This document shows positions 39,658 through 53,268 of a stretch of 64,000 nucleotides of DNA, one piece after another. The notes under the pieces were generated by a model. That model had not been told where the DNA came from. It worked only from the letters and a program-made list of their open reading frames with translations, and made no database searches. This DNA comes from the human T2T-CHM13v2.0 reference genome, Homo sapiens, in assembly GCF_009914755.1 (NCBI RefSeq), contig NC_060927.1; one strand, given 5' to 3'. Every line of letters starts with the position of its first letter. Within the stretch, counting starts at the first letter, position 1. Position numbers and translations under genes: made by a program.

Positions 39658-40300
39658 TTTTTTTTTTAAAAGACATTTTTTAAGGAGCCTCTAATCCTTT
39701 ATGGGTCAAGGGCCCATTTAAGAATCTGTGAATTAATCATTAATGTACATAATTGTTAAATTCTGTGCAATATTTCAAGGAATTTACAGCACCTAGTAAA
39801 ATCCATTGGAGGACGCTCCAGAAATCCACATCTTTTTTCTAATGCTTGTGTACTATTCTCCAACCATCCTCCTCCTAAAAATTAGTGAAGAATGTCCCAA
39901 AAAGTGCCTGGAGGATGGGGGCAATGTAAGGGCAGAAAACTGAATAAGGTATACAGTGTTACCAGCACATGCAGATTTGGAATATTGAATACTGAAATAG
40001 TAGTGTTCCAAAACACCATTGCCTGGGAGACGTTGTCTCCCACCACACAAAAAGTGCCAAGGTATTGCATAAGTGGAGAAACTGCTTTCATGTTAGACTA
40101 ATTGCTACTAAAGGACTTTTAACCTTTTTTCTTCAAATGCACACACATACATACAAATCAGTTGCCAGCAGAAACTCTTTTTCTTATTCTGGAAAGTGAA
40201 TGAAGACCTCCACCCCCAACGCACATAGATGCAGAGCGCTTAGGTTTCAGTGACAGAGCTATACTGCCGCACAGCTATTGCTGAAGTTAACAATTACACT

Positions 40301-40326
40301 AAAAAAAAAAAAAAAAAAAAAAAAAA
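40301..40326. repeat. A26 mononucleotide run
   Basis: Uninterrupted poly-A with no adjacent SINE or LINE body. Confidence 0.95.
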
Positions 40327-40382
40327 GGTAGCAGTAATAAAGGCCCTAAAGCTGGAAGAAGACATGTTACCATAGACAAGGT

Positions 40383-40448
40383 GTCATGAGAAGAGAATAA
40401 GTCATGAGAAAAGAATAAGTCATGAGAAAAGAATAAGTCATAAGAAAA
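40383..40448. repeat. 18-bp minisatellite, about 3.7 copies
   Basis: GTCATGAGAA(A/G)AGAATAA x3 plus a partial copy. Confidence 0.92.
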
Positions 40449-43079
40449 TGGACAAGATCAACACAGTTACTGTTCTACTAACCACACTACTGAAGAAATA
40501 GTATTACCACACTTTCACTGAGATAATGTATTAGAGACTGATACCAGAATCTGCTATACATCCTTCAGAATGCATTGAACATTATATTTTATGTTCATTT
40601 TATAGGCTTACAACATGTTGTATAGTTTTCTTCAAAGATTAGATTCAGTAATTTTCAGAAAATTACTTTCTCATCATCATTTAAGTCCAGCTAAAGAGTC
40701 TTTCAGATTATTGCTATAGTTAGTAATGCTTTCTTAAGTGATTCATCTGGCTTATATATCCCACATTTTCCTAAATAATTTCTTCATTAAAGTACATTTA
40801 TTTAGGGCATTCTTTATATGTAAGACTTTACTTTTAAATCTTTTACAATATAAGCCTATGATGTCATAGCTTTATAGCACAAACATAGAATATCTAACAA
40901 TAATTAACTAGAAAAAAACAGAAGCAACCTAAAAGGATAATTTACATTAACCTCTACTTTTAAAAGCCTATTTTACATTTCCTATTGAATGATTCTTTCC
41001 AGATGTAATAGCACAAAGAACACTGTTAGAGAAGGGGAAAAAAGTGAGAAAAATGGAAATAGGAGATAAATTGAGGGAAATAAAGAAAAGCAAAATAGCA
41101 TAAAACACCATTCTAGCTAATGCTTTTACTTTACATTTTATCAAATACACTAATCTGTTGTTTCTCTATTCATGCGTTTTTGTAAAAGTAGCATCATTAT
41201 TTGGATCTGATCCCTTTGAAAATCAAGAAAGTCCATACATAGTCTAAAAAAGTCCATGTTTTTTAGAATTGTTGAATTCTTTCTATAATCTTCTACAAGT
41301 AAAATAAAACACTAGTAATTTCTAACAGAATTTAATAGGTCAGGATAAAAATTTGAAGATAAGCTAAATTCATAGTAATTTACTGCTAGAAGATCAGTTT
41401 TTGTTTTTACTTTTGTACAACTCTATTTGATGGAGAGTGGTTGTTTTCTTCTAGTCCAACATCCCTTTTTACTACTTAAGTAATAGGATGTTATCAGATT
41501 CTCTCTTAGGGAAATATATTTTGGAAAAAAAGTTAATCTTCATTCACCTACCCATCTCTCTGAACATATTTGGCCAATCACAATATTTCTTCTTCTGTGA
41601 TGAGTTAGTTCAAGGTTTGGTACATGAACTCAACAAGAGTAACCCTCAGGGCATTTTGAACGGAGCTTTCAGGGAGATGCTCTTTTGCTTAAGCTACTTT
41701 GAGTTTAGTTTCTATTGCTTACAACCCAAAGTCTTGAATAATACATTAGTGTAATGTTTCCTCTATGTAAAATTAATACTTTTTGAGTGGTAAACAGTGA
41801 ATTGATGAAAAACGAAGAGATTATTTTAACATGCATAAATTCTAATATAGTGTATTTTTATTTCCCCAAGAGTTGGTGTATATTAGCAAGACAGATCATT
41901 TGGAATTAGAGTATGGTCTATGTTTACAGAATTTTTGTCTTATAAGATTCAGCACACTGAGCCACAACCAAGAAATAAAAAGAATACAAAATCCTTATCT
42001 GCATGTGTGTGAAAATAAGACATAAAATGAGTGCTGATGGATGGCTGACATCGTGTTTCAAACTGGGAAGTTGAATAATCATAACTACCTGCAAGTTCTA
42101 CCTATAAGTTCTAAGACGTTTTCTGTAAATCAATAAGATTGATCATGTTTGTTTTATTTTTGAATAATAATGAAGCTCTAAAAACTCAAATTAGGTTAAA
42201 AATGCATGTAGAATAATTATGATTCATAACAAAACAATAGAAATGAACAAAATATACTACTCTTAATTCTACAAATTAATATGGGTAAAGAAATTCATGA
42301 ATATACACAGTCAAGAATGACAAAACAAAAGGAAATTTTCAACGCTAGGGTAATTAATAACATAAACTATGCATTGGCTTCGATTTCTAACCAAAATACA
42401 GCTCATACTTTATCGACTGATTCAAACGAATTTTTCATTTTTTATTTTGGAAGGAGCAGTCAAATGCTGCCAGCTTGAGCAACTGAATGAATTAGCTTCC
42501 TCAGGAAAAAATTATGGAGAATGGCCAAATTCTCAAAATTGATGCTTTAGAAATCAATGAGCATAAGTCAATTTGATGAAAACATTCTTTCTGAACATGA
42601 GATCTTCCTCTGTGACCCAAAGATATTTTTAAACACATAGTCAACTTTTACAGATTAAAAAGAGAAAAAAACATTGCTGCAATTTCTAGAACATGGCACT
42701 AGATTTTGGAATTTCTCCATTTTAATAAAACTAAATAAATAGTTAATGACAAACATAATAAGGGTAGTATTATCAAAAGCAAAAAAAAATCTTCCAAAAG
42801 TGTAGTACGTTTAATACTTGTAATCTCATTCAGTCTAATATGCTTGCGATGAAGCTTCAAAATAAGTATTGACACTATTTTACCCCGATGGAAAACAAGT
42901 CTTACAGTGCCTTTTGCATTAACCCTTTTAGAAAATAACAAATTACTCTGATGCTCTGACCTAGGTGAAGAGTGGACAAAAATGACTGCATGTAACTAAA
43001 AGGAAATTTCCTGTTCAGAATTCTATCAACATACAATGATAGTTCCACCTTAAAATTTGGCTTCAAGAAGTGTTACCCA

Positions 43080-43200
43080 GCGATGGGTTCAATAGAAACC
43101 AAACCCCAGCATTATAATGTACCCATGTAACAAACATGCACATGTACCCTCTGAATCTAAAACAATATACATAAATAAATAAACAAATAAATAAAATTAG
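43080..43200 (+). mobile_element. L1PA16/L1PB-like 3' tip
   Basis: GATGGGTTCAATAGAAACCAAACCCCAGCATT...ACCCATGTAACAAACATGCACATGTACCCTCTGAATCTAAAA plus (TAAA)n. Confidence 0.8.
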
Positions 43201-43335
43201 CAGATGAAATTAAGAGAGAAAAAGGGAAATGTTATCCTGAAAAGCCTGGCTTCTAAAACAAAATAAAATAATTTACATAAAGAAATTTGAATGTAGTAGA
43301 TACTTGTAAGTCTTTTCTGTTCTTAAAATATTCAG

Positions 43336-43644
43336 GCCAGGTGTAGTGGCTCAAGCCTATAAGCCCAGCACTTTGGGAGGCTGAGGCAAGAGGATCACTT
43401 GAGGTCAGGTGTTTGAGAACCTGGCCCACATGGTGAAGCTCCTTCTCTACTAAAAATATAAAAATTAGTCAGGCATGGTGGCACCTGCCTGTAGCCCTAG
43501 GTACTCGGGAGGTGGAGACAGGAGAATTGCTTGAAACCAGGAGGCAGAGATTTCAGTGAGCCAAGATCTTGCCACTACACTTCAGCCTATGAAACAGAGT
43601 AAGACTCTGTTTCAAACAAAATATAACATAAAATAAAAAATAAA
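43336..43644 (+). mobile_element. Alu (AluSz-like), full length
   Basis: GGCCAGGTGTAGTGGCTCA...GGATCACTTGAGGTCAGG...GACTCTGTTTC plus A-rich tail. Confidence 0.95.
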
Positions 43645-43690
43645 CTAATCAAACAGGATCATTAATTTTGGGAATCCCAAAGGCCTAAAC

Positions 43691-43881
43691 CAGTTGTTCT
43701 CAACCCAGCTGCATATTAGAATCACCTAGAGAACTTTATAGGATTATAGATTCCTTAGGCTTACCACCATAGGCATCCTGAGATTCTGCTACAATAGGCG
43801 TAGTCTGGGACTCAGGCATCTGTAAAATTTTTTAAAGGTTCCCAGATAATTTTAACGTGTAGCCATAACGAAGAAACACTG
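43691..43881. mobile_element. MER5A/B MITE
   Basis: CAGTTGTTCTCAACC...ATTAGAATCACCT...TTCCCAGATAATTTTAACGTGTAGCCA...GAAACACTG terminal inverted repeats. Confidence 0.8.
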
Positions 43882-45024
43882 GCCAAGACAGATACATAGT
43901 ATGTAGGTACCCACACATTTTATTGCATGAATGAACAAGTGAATAAATCAATCAAAATAGAGCAGTAATTTACTTTTACTTAGAACTGTTCTCTCTCTAG
44001 CTCGTTTGCTCCTAAACATACGTCACTGCACACAACTCAAATTAAATTTGACCCTATTGCTTCCTAATAGTCCACAATTATGCAGCATCTTTTAACCTGG
44101 CAAGGTAATATGTTTTTAAATAGTTCTTCTGCCCACCTTGATTCGGACCATCTTATGTCTGCCAATGTGAGACACTTTAAACACTAATACCATGAATATA
44201 TCTCTACTTCACAACAGACAAAGGGAAAGTATTGAAACTACTGTCCTCTACATGCTTGAGAAATAATGACTTTTCCCTGAAGATATTATAATTAGGTAAC
44301 TTCAATTTAAGAAATGTAAAGACTATTTTGTGGGGAAGAGGTGTTTTAAAAGAAAGAAAATTATCACCGTTTTAAAATTATTAAATCTTTGAATACAGTG
44401 ACCACAGTTTATATGTACACAGTAGATATTCAATAAATATTTGCTAAAGTTAAGAATAAAGGAACCAAATCTTTCAAAAGGAAAATTCTCAGATCTAATC
44501 TAGATTTTTAAAAAAGTATAGAACTAAAATATGCAAATTTTTTCCACTCAAAAATATACTATGTATATACATTAATATACTAATTTACATAAAATTTGTA
44601 TGTAATGTAATATTTTAGAAAAAAATGATGTTAAATAGAACTGACAGCAGCAAGAAATTCATTATTATGGTACAATATTGTCTTGGTGCTTTTTTTCTCC
44701 CTCTCTTAGATGGATAACAAGTCACCAAATATGATCTCATAGTTTATGATGTCTTCTATATTTCAAGTCACCAAAATATGCCCTGATCAGCTACCTCCAT
44801 CCATCTTACCTTTGGGCTGAAAATGTGGGATACTTTTTTGTCTTTCCTGTCAACTGAATGTACAATAACTGCCCAATATTATGAAACATGTTCACCTTCT
44901 TAGGACTACAGTCATTTCAAAAATGTTAAAAGATCACACAATATATCCAGTTTCAAATTAGAGCCAGGTTAACCTGTTACTATAGTTACTAAATCCCCAA
45001 AAGAAATGCATGCAAGCACATAGA

Positions 45025-45026
<2 letters not shown>

Positions 45027-45069
<43 letters not shown>
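45027..45069. repeat. (GT)21 microsatellite
   Basis: Perfect GT run. Confidence 0.98.
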
Positions 45070-45070
<1 letters not shown>

Positions 45071-45085
45071 ATGTGTGTAGAATAC

Positions 45086-45458
45086 TGATATGATTTGTCT
45101 GTGTCCCCACCCACCCAAATCTCATCCTGAATTGTAATCCCCATAATCCCTACATGTCTCGGGAGAGGCCTGGTGGGAGGTGATTGAATCATGGAGGCGG
45201 TTTCCTCCATGCTGTTCTTGTGGTAGTGAGTGAATTCTCATGAGATCTAATGGTTTTATAAGGGGCTCTTCGCCTTTCCATATTCACTCTGTCTCTCACC
45301 TGCTACCATGTAAGATGTGCCTTCCACCTTCCACCAGGATTTTGTTTCCTGAGGCCTCCCCAGCCATTCAGAACTGTGAGTCAATTAAACCTCTTTTCTT
45401 TATAAATTACCCAGGCTCGGGTAGTTCTTTTACAGTAGTGTGAAAACTGACTAATATT
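45086..45458 (+). mobile_element. THE1D-like MaLR solo LTR
   Basis: TGATATGATTTGTCTGTGTCCCCACC...GAACTGTGAGTCAATTAAACCTCTTTTCTTTATAAATTACCCAG...GACTAATA. Confidence 0.9.
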
Positions 45459-45911
45459 ATACAAATAGGAATCATTTTAGTTTTAAAACTTTGAGAAACA
45501 GAAGAATTATATAAACTAGAACAATGGTTCTTAGTAATGAAATGAAATAGAGACTGTAGATGCAACTATATGATGCACTTGTGGGCTTATTTACTTACCT
45601 TCATTTGTAAACTCTCTACATTTATAAAGGAAATCCTTCCAATATAACTAGGGAAAATGAAATTTTAAATTTCAAAAGTAAAATATTAAATCTCCCTTCG
45701 AATCTCAAATATTAAAAATATCTTGTGATACCTCGATGTGCAAATCCCCTAGAGTACATTCCTTTTGTATGGATATGATGTCAGCTCTGTTAAAAAACAA
45801 ACAAACCATTCATGTTAATAACACAAAAGGCAGGCCTTTTCTATTTTAAATTATTTGAAGATGTATGTGTATATACATGTGCACATGTGTGTATTCAAAG
45901 CTTTTGTTATC

Positions 45912-46271
45912 TGTGATGGTTAATATTAGGTGTCAACTTGATTGTATTGAGGGATGCCTAAATGGCTGGAAAAGTATTGTTTCTGGGTGTGTCTGTGAGG
46001 GTGTTTCCAGAAGAGACTGACATTTGAGTTGGTGAAAAGAGAGGAAGGTCCATCTTCAATGTGGGTGGATACCATGCAATTTGCTACGAGTATGCCTACA
46101 ACAAATCAGGCAAAAGAAGGTGGAGTAAGTTTGTTTGCTGAGTCTTCTGGCTCCTTTTTCATCTTCCTGTGCTGGAAGCTTGCTTCTGTTCCTCCTGCTT
46201 TTGGACATCAGATTCCAGGTTCTTCAGCCTTTGAACACCGGGGCTTGCACCAGCCCCTGCCCAGGGGCTCT
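45912..46271 (+). mobile_element. ERVL LTR MLT2A-like, 3'-truncated
   Basis: TGTGATGGTTAATATTAGGTGTCAACTTGATTG...GGGTGTGTCTGTGAGGGTGTTTCCAGA. Confidence 0.85.
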
Positions 46272-47186
46272 TTGCATAGTAGTATCTCAATGTGGTTTTA
46301 ATTTGCATTTCCCTAATGACTACTGTTCTTGAATATCTTTCACAAACTTTTTTGATTCTTCTTTGGTAAAGTGTCTCTCCAAATCTTTTGCCTATTTTTA
46401 GTTTCTTTTTTCTTATTATTTAGTTTTAAAATGCTTTTTATATATTTTAGATACTAATCCTTTATCAGATACTATGTGATTTGAAAATATGTTCTCCAGT
46501 CTTCTTGATCTTCTCAATCTCTTAACAGTCAGTGTCTCTTGCAGTGAAAAAGTTTTAATTTTGATAAACAGAAATTTATCCATTTTTTCCTTGTAAGTAT
46601 CTTGCCTTTGGGGCATCTAAAAACAGATTGACTAACCCAATGTCATAAAAATGTTCTCTTATGTTTTATCTACATGTTTTACAATTTTACATTTAGGCAT
46701 ATCACCCATTTAAATTAATTCTATATAAAGTCATGAGATGTGTATTGAGATTTATATTTTTGCATGTATATTTCTAGTTGCACTGCATAGTTTTTTTAAA
46801 ACATCATTTTTTTCATTGTCTTTCCATTTTTGTCAAATAGCAGTCAATCTTATTCGTATAGATCTATTTTGGTACTCTATTCTCTTCCATTGATCAATTT
46901 GTCCATTCTTCTGCCAATACAACACTATTTTGAGTGCTGTAAATTTAGCGTGAATCTTAAAATTAGATAGAGTGGATCCCCAAACTTTGTGATTTTTTAA
47001 AAGAATTTTGTCTCTACTAGTTCCTTCTCCTGTCCAAAGAAAGAAATGTTATATCAGCTTTTTAACATCTAATTCTTGCCATCATTTTGATTGGAATTGC
47101 TTTTAACATAGATCAACCTGGGAAAACAGTACATCTGAACAATACTAAGTCTTTCAGTCCAAAAAGAGGATGTATCTCTTCATTTG

Positions 47187-47519
47187 ATGGCACATGAGAA
47201 GGAATGTGAGTTGGTATTAAGGACCTAAGAGAAGCCCCCAGTTGACTACCAACAAGGAAATGGGAACTTTAGGCCAAAAATCACAAGAAAGTAAATTTGA
47301 CCAATGACATGAATGAGCTTGAAAGTGGATTCATCCATACAGCCTGCAGATGAGAGACTAACCCGGACTACACCTTAATTTTGGCCTTCTGAGACTGTCC
47401 AGGCAGAGAACCCAGAATGTCAGAATGTTTACCTGCAAAATTGTTAGATAATTAATTTGTTTTGTTTCAAGTCACTGTGTTTGCTGTTATTTGCTAAACT
47501 ACAATGAAAAACTAATACA
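47187..47519 (+). mobile_element. MLT1E-like LTR 3' portion
   Basis: CAACAAGGAAATGGGAACTT...TGAATGAGCTTGAAAGTGGATTC...AAAACTAATACA. Confidence 0.75.
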
Positions 47520-47520
47520 A

Positions 47521-47960
47521 TACCTTTGTATAATCCCTTCTTCTTGAGTGTGAGTTGGACCTAGTTACTGATTTCTAATGAATACAACACATCAAAAGGG
47601 ATGCATATCAATTCCATAATTAGGTTATAAATGACTCTGGCTTTCACCCTGCTGAAAATCTCTCACTATGGCCTGCTCCACTTGCATGTTTTAATGAAGC
47701 AAGCTGCCATGGTACAGAGGCCAATGTGTGAAGGAACTGAGGGCAGCCTTTGGTTAATAGCCTGTAAGTAATTGAGAACCTGACAGTAACAGCCCATGAG
47801 TAACTGAACTCTGACAAGAACTATGTGAGCTTTCCCAGTTGAGCCTTCACATGAGACTCCAACCTGGATAGATTTCTTGATGGTAAGATAACAAATGTGT
47901 GCAGTCTTAAACCATTAAATTTTGGAATAATTTATTATGAAGCAGTAGATATCTGATACA
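47521..47960 (+). mobile_element. MLT1F-like LTR
   Basis: GTATAATCCCTTCTTCTTGAGTGTGAGTTGGACCTAG...AAGGAACTGAGGGCAGCC...GCAGTAGATATCTGATACA. Confidence 0.75.
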
Positions 47961-48163
47961 TATTTTATTTTAACTTACCTATAACCATTTTTCATGTGTG
48001 TGTGTGTGTTATATATAACTTAGTGATTGCTCTAGGAATTACAATATATATGTATAACTTATTAGTCTATTAAAATTAATATTTACAATTTCAAGTAAAT
48101 GATAAAAATCTTATAACCATATAGGTCCTGTTAACCTCTCTCCCTTTATGCTGTAATTTCCTA

Positions 48164-49241
48164 TGAGGTAGTAGGCAGTATAATGCCCCCTCCCCAACAC
48201 AAAAAAATATTCACACCCTGAATCTCAAAACCTATTAATAAGTAAACTTACAAGGCAAAAGGATCTCTGTGAGTGTGATTAAAGTTAAGGACTACTGTGG
48301 TTTGAATGTAAATGTCCCTCCAAAATTTATATGTTAGAACTTCAACCCCAAGAAGATAGTATTAAGAGGTGGGGCTTTTGGGAGGTGACTAGGTCATGAG
48401 GGATCTGCCTTCACCAATGGGATTAGTTCCTTTATAAAGGAGACCTTTGAAAGCTGCCTGGGACTTCCGTTTCTTTTTCCATGTGAGGACACAGCATTTG
48501 TCCCTTTTTGCTTTTCTGTTCTTCCACAGTGTGAGGACACATCGTTTGTCTTCTTCTCCGGAGGATGCAGCAACGAGGTGCCATCTTGGAAGCATCCTGG
48601 ATCCAAGCACCCTGAGAACAATGCTTCGGCACACACTAAATCTGCCAGCACCTTGATCTTGAACTTTCAAGCCTCCAGATATGTGAGAAATAAACTTGTA
48701 TTATTTGTAATTACCAAGTCTGGGGCATTTTGTTATAGCAACCCAAATAGACTAAAACAAAGACCTAAATCTTATCCCAGATTGTTTGGATGGGCTCAGT
48801 CTAATCACATGCATCCTTAAAAGTTGAGATCCTTTCCTGGCTGCTGTCAAAGAGATGTAATGGAAAAAAAAGAAAGAGGAAGATTTGAAGTGTGAGAGGG
48901 ACCTGACTCACTGTTGCTGACTTTGAAGATGACAGAAAGGGACCATGATCCAAAGAATGTAGACATCCTCTAGAAGCCGGGAACAGCTCTTACCTGACAT
49001 CAAAAGGAGAAATAGGGACTTCAGTCTTACAATCACAATAAGCTGAATTCTGTTAGCACCCTGAGTGAGCAAGAAAATAGTTTTGTACAGGCTCCATGAA
49101 AGAATACAACCAAAACCATGGTTTTAGCCTAGTGAGACGCATGTCAGACTTCTGATGTACAGAACTATAAGATAATAAATCTGTATTATTTAAGTTACCA
49201 AAGTTGTAGTAATTTTATGACAACAATAGAAAACTAATGTA
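48164..49241 (+). mobile_element. MLT1D-like LTR split by an MST/MLT1A LTR
   Basis: GGCAAAAGGATCTCTGTGAGTGTGATTAAAGTTAAGGA | ...GACTTTGAAGATG...CAATAGAAAACTAATGTA. Confidence 0.8.
48293..48759 (+). mobile_element. MSTD/MLT1A1-like solo LTR
   Basis: TACTGTGGTTTGAATGT...TAGACTAAAACA; 5-bp TSD AGGAC / AAGAC; internal repeat of TGTGAGGACACA. Confidence 0.85.
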
Positions 49242-51166
49242 TATGAATCACATATATATGTGTGTGTGTGTGTGTCTATGTATGTGTATATACACACATA
49301 CGCAAATGAGCAGGCACACACACACACACACACACGCAATTGTAAACTCCATTATACAATATGATGTTTTTGCTCTCAAGCATTATAAATAGTTTAAGAA
49401 ACTAAAGAGAATAGAAATAGGGATTATATTTACTCATACATGTATTATTTCTACTGCTCTTCCTTCATTCTTTAATTTTTATGTTTTTATTATTTTTCTT
49501 CAGCCAAAAGATATTTAGCTTTTTTTCTTTAGAGAAGGTCTGCTGCCAATGAATTACCTTAGTTTTCTTTCATTTAATAAAGTCTTTATTTCACCTTCAT
49601 TCTTAACAGATGTTTTTACTGGTTATGGAATTCTGGGTTGACAATTATTTGTATTTATCATGTTAAAAATATTGTTTCACTCTCTTCTGGTCTCAATGAC
49701 TACTAATTTTTTATTTATCTTTTGTTTTCATCAGTTGATTTTTATGTATATAGGATTTTATTTTTTGCTTATATTGCTGAGGTTCATTGAGCCTCTTGAT
49801 TCTGTAAATTTTTTATGTCCTTTATTTAATGTGAGATGTTTTAAAATAGTATTTCTTTTATTTTTTGCACCGGGCTCTTTCCTCTCTCCTCAATCTCCAA
49901 TGACATCAATGTTAGACCTTTTAATATTGTTCCACAAGTCTTCAAGACTCAGTTTATTCCTATGCTATTTTTTTCTTTCCTATACAATTTGAATAATTTG
50001 TATTGACCTATATTCAAATTCAAAATATACACTCTCTCATATACACTGAGAGCCTCTAATAAACATTTCTTTTCTTTTTGCATCTTCTTAAGTCTAAAAT
50101 TGTCATATGATTATTTATAGTGCTTATCTCTTTGCTGAGAACGTTCACCTTTCCATTCATTTCAAGAGGGTTTGTCTTACTTCATGGACTAAAATGGTGT
50201 GACTAATTCCAAACTTAGGGCCATCTTGGGGTTGGCATATGATAATCATCTTTTAAGAGAATTAAGGCTTTTCTGGTTCTTTGTATGTCAAATAATTCTG
50301 GAACATTTTACATATAGTGGGACTCTAAGTACTATAAAAAGCCTCTAGAGAATATTGTTAGTTTGTTTTTTGTGTTAGCATGCAATCAAACTAGTTAGAT
50401 TCAGGTTATAATTCCCAAATCACTGCCTTCTGTGAGTTGTGGTTCCAATATCAGCTTAGCTTTTGTAAGCTGCTTTGCAAGCCCACTTCCAACGTGTATC
50501 ACCTAGGGACAAGCCTGGGACCTGGGCAGTGTTGTACACCATAATTTAATTATCTAAGCATTTCTATGGTTCTTTGTTTCAGTTGCACAGTGCAGCCCAA
50601 GGATTAGCCTAAGTCTTCATACATAAATTTAAAATATTCAGTTATCTCTTCTCTATAGTTTACCTCACACTCTCTGGTTTCCAGGGGCTCTTTTCCTAGA
50701 CCCTGGCTACAGACTCATTATGTTGTCCACACTTCTTATGTCTGAATCATCCTCTGGACAAAGTAGTGAGTAAAAAAGAGAATAAAAATAATGGTATTCC
50801 CTTGACACTCTTCAGAACATGTATATTTCTTTTCCAAATTCATCTGGTGAGAGAGAATTTTCTCTCAGACTTTTAAGCACCTATGCAACTGCTGCTGTCA
50901 CCCTGCCAACACAGGAATGCACCTTCATAAATGGGGCTTGCCTCCAGTCAGAGCTAGAGGAGTAAAAAGGGAAAGAAGAATTATGGTAATTTTTCCTACA
51001 TGTACATTTTCTATCTCAGAGAAGCCCATTTCCCAGTCCTCTGCTATGAAAGAGGATTTTTCTTGGAGCTTTCTTTGTCAGTGCACAAAGTGAAATTCCA
51101 TGGTTTAGGGCACCTAAAATCTAAACCCAGAGATATGGGAAAGAAAAACAAAACAAACCAGGAAAC

Positions 51167-51290
51167 ATGGTGATGGCTCATGTCTATAATCCCAGTGCTT
51201 TGTGAAGCTGCAGGGGGAGGATCACTTGAGGTGAGGTGTTCCAAACTAGCCTGAGTAACATGGCAAAACTTGTGTCTCAACAAAAGAAAA
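51167..51290 (+). mobile_element. Monomeric Alu (FLAM_C-like)
   Basis: GATGGCTCATGTCTATAATCCCAG...GGAGGATCACTTGAGG...TGTCTC; flanks AAACAAACCAGGAAAC / AAACAAATCCAGGAAAC. Confidence 0.85.
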
Positions 51291-53166
51291 CAAAACAAAT
51301 CCAGGAAACTTACCACTGTATTGCTCATTTTTCAGATTTTGATTTCTCTAGTAAATCTGTCTGGTATTATTTACTTTTCAGAGTCATCAGATAGTTGCCT
51401 TGTGTAATCTGTCCAGGAATTTTAGTTGTTTTCAGTGGAAGAAATAGGGTGGAGTGGGTTTAATCCTTCTTAGCTGAAACTAGAGATTGCTATTTTAAGT
51501 TGACATTCACATTGCCTACATTCCTTCACCTCTTTCACTACTCTAAGGTTTCAACTACCAACTTCTTGCTTTGAGGCTCATTTTTTTAGTAATAAATCAT
51601 ATTTTATCATATGACTCCCTAGTACACATCACAATGTTATTTCCATCTTTAATGATGACTATCTCTTAAACAGAAGTGATCCATTTTTTCTTTCCAAACC
51701 TGTTTGGGAAAAGCTAGGCTAGTAAAATTAAACAATTCCTTTACTATAGAACTTCTGAAGCCTTTAATATGTTAATCTGGATTCTAAATTTCTAGAAGTG
51801 GAATACAGTGCATTGCAATTTCCAAACATATTTAACCTCTAAATATTTTTCCCATGAAACTAAAGTTCTTCAGAACACAATTTGTGAAATAGTCTTACTA
51901 CTAACTCCACATATCTTACAGCATTTATGTTATTTACCCCAACCTATCTTCCTTCTAAACTTATTAGATGCTATTCTAGGACCAATGTAAGGTGTACCTT
52001 TTGTAAATTTAAAGAACTGTTCCAGATCTTTGCTAAAATAATTCTGCTTTTACAACATTAAACATATGCTGCCACACAACATTGCTAAGTATTCTGAAGA
52101 CAATTCCCAGAAAGAATGTATAGAATGGCTTAATTTTAAACATAGCCTATGAATGTTGTAACTAATTCAGTTAGAGATAGGCACATTTACTAGGCTTTAT
52201 AAAAATAGCCTTAAAATTAAAGGTGCAAAGATTGGAGGATAATGGCATTGTTTTTATCTTTTGAATGAGATAGCAATAAAAAAATTTGGTAACTGATGAA
52301 TACCAAGGTAATACATAAGAAAATACTTGACCCAATACTTGAGAAACTCAAGAAGAAAGTAATAAAAATCACCATCATGTAAAAGAAACTCCATATATGA
52401 AATATTATGCCAAATGCTTATGGTGCAAATCCGTAGTAGCTTCCACAGTATCCATTCTTTTTTTCCTGAGAATTCTTGATATAGGTTTGAAAATTTTTGC
52501 AATTCTGAGGAGGAGCTAAATATATCAAGATATGACAATAATTACATTACAAATTCCTGAATACCAAGATTATTTGAGGGGTGTCCATGGGATTCAAGAT
52601 GATATTTAATGTCAGGCTCTCTCCTGGGAATGTTTGAACAAAAGTGACCTCTTTGCTCTGAACTATATATTATACAGATGTGAAACAGTGGAACAAATGT
52701 AGCTATTTTCTTCTATGAGTGAATAAAGCCAAGACACAAAAGATGCCAGAATTTAGAAAAATAATTGCTGAGAAATATAGCCAATCTTTGATATTACCTT
52801 TCGATTTTTTTCAGTAAAGCAAATTGTATTCATTATGTATTGCTGAATAACAAATTGTCCTAAAACTTATTAAAATAATAATAAGCATTTATTATCTCTT
52901 ATGTTTTCAATAAGTCCAAATTCAGACTGCACACCATGGGATAACTTATCTGATTCATAATTAGAGGGCCTCAGCTGAAACACTCAAAGCTTGATATCTG
53001 TGAGCTGGAGTCATTTGAAGTTTATTCACATGTGCATTTGGACAATGATGCTGGCTGACAGTTGGGGAACTAGCTGGGATCACTGGCTGAAACACCTACA
53101 CATGGCTTCTCCATGTGGAATAGGCTTTGTCTCACCATGGTAGCTAGGTTCCAAAAGAAAGCATGC

Positions 53167-53214
53167 AGAGAGAGAGGAGGGAGGCAAGGGAGAGAGGGAG
53201 AGAAAGAGGAGGGA

Positions 53215-53267
<53 letters not shown>
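53167..53267. repeat. Polypurine tract including (GA)22
   Basis: Perfect GA run at 53221-53264 preceded by G/A-rich sequence. Confidence 0.97.

Positions 53268-53268
<1 letters not shown>

Larger units (their letters stand above)
46275..51485 (-). mobile_element. Fragmented old L1M (ORF2, ORF1 and 5'UTR pieces) hosting several LTRs
   Basis: GTATCTCAATGTGGTTTTAATTTGCATTTCCCTAATGAC (ORF2), GTCTTTATTTCACCTTCATTC...GAATTCTGGGTTGACA (ORF1); L1 blocks at about 46275-47185, 47960-48160 and 49340-51485. Confidence 0.75.

Noticed and set aside
40383-40448. CRISPR-like repeat array
   Set aside because: Head-to-tail units with no spacers, in mammalian DNA
49660-49992. 110-aa hydrophobic ORF resembling a membrane protein
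   Set aside because: Antisense reading of a T-rich decayed L1
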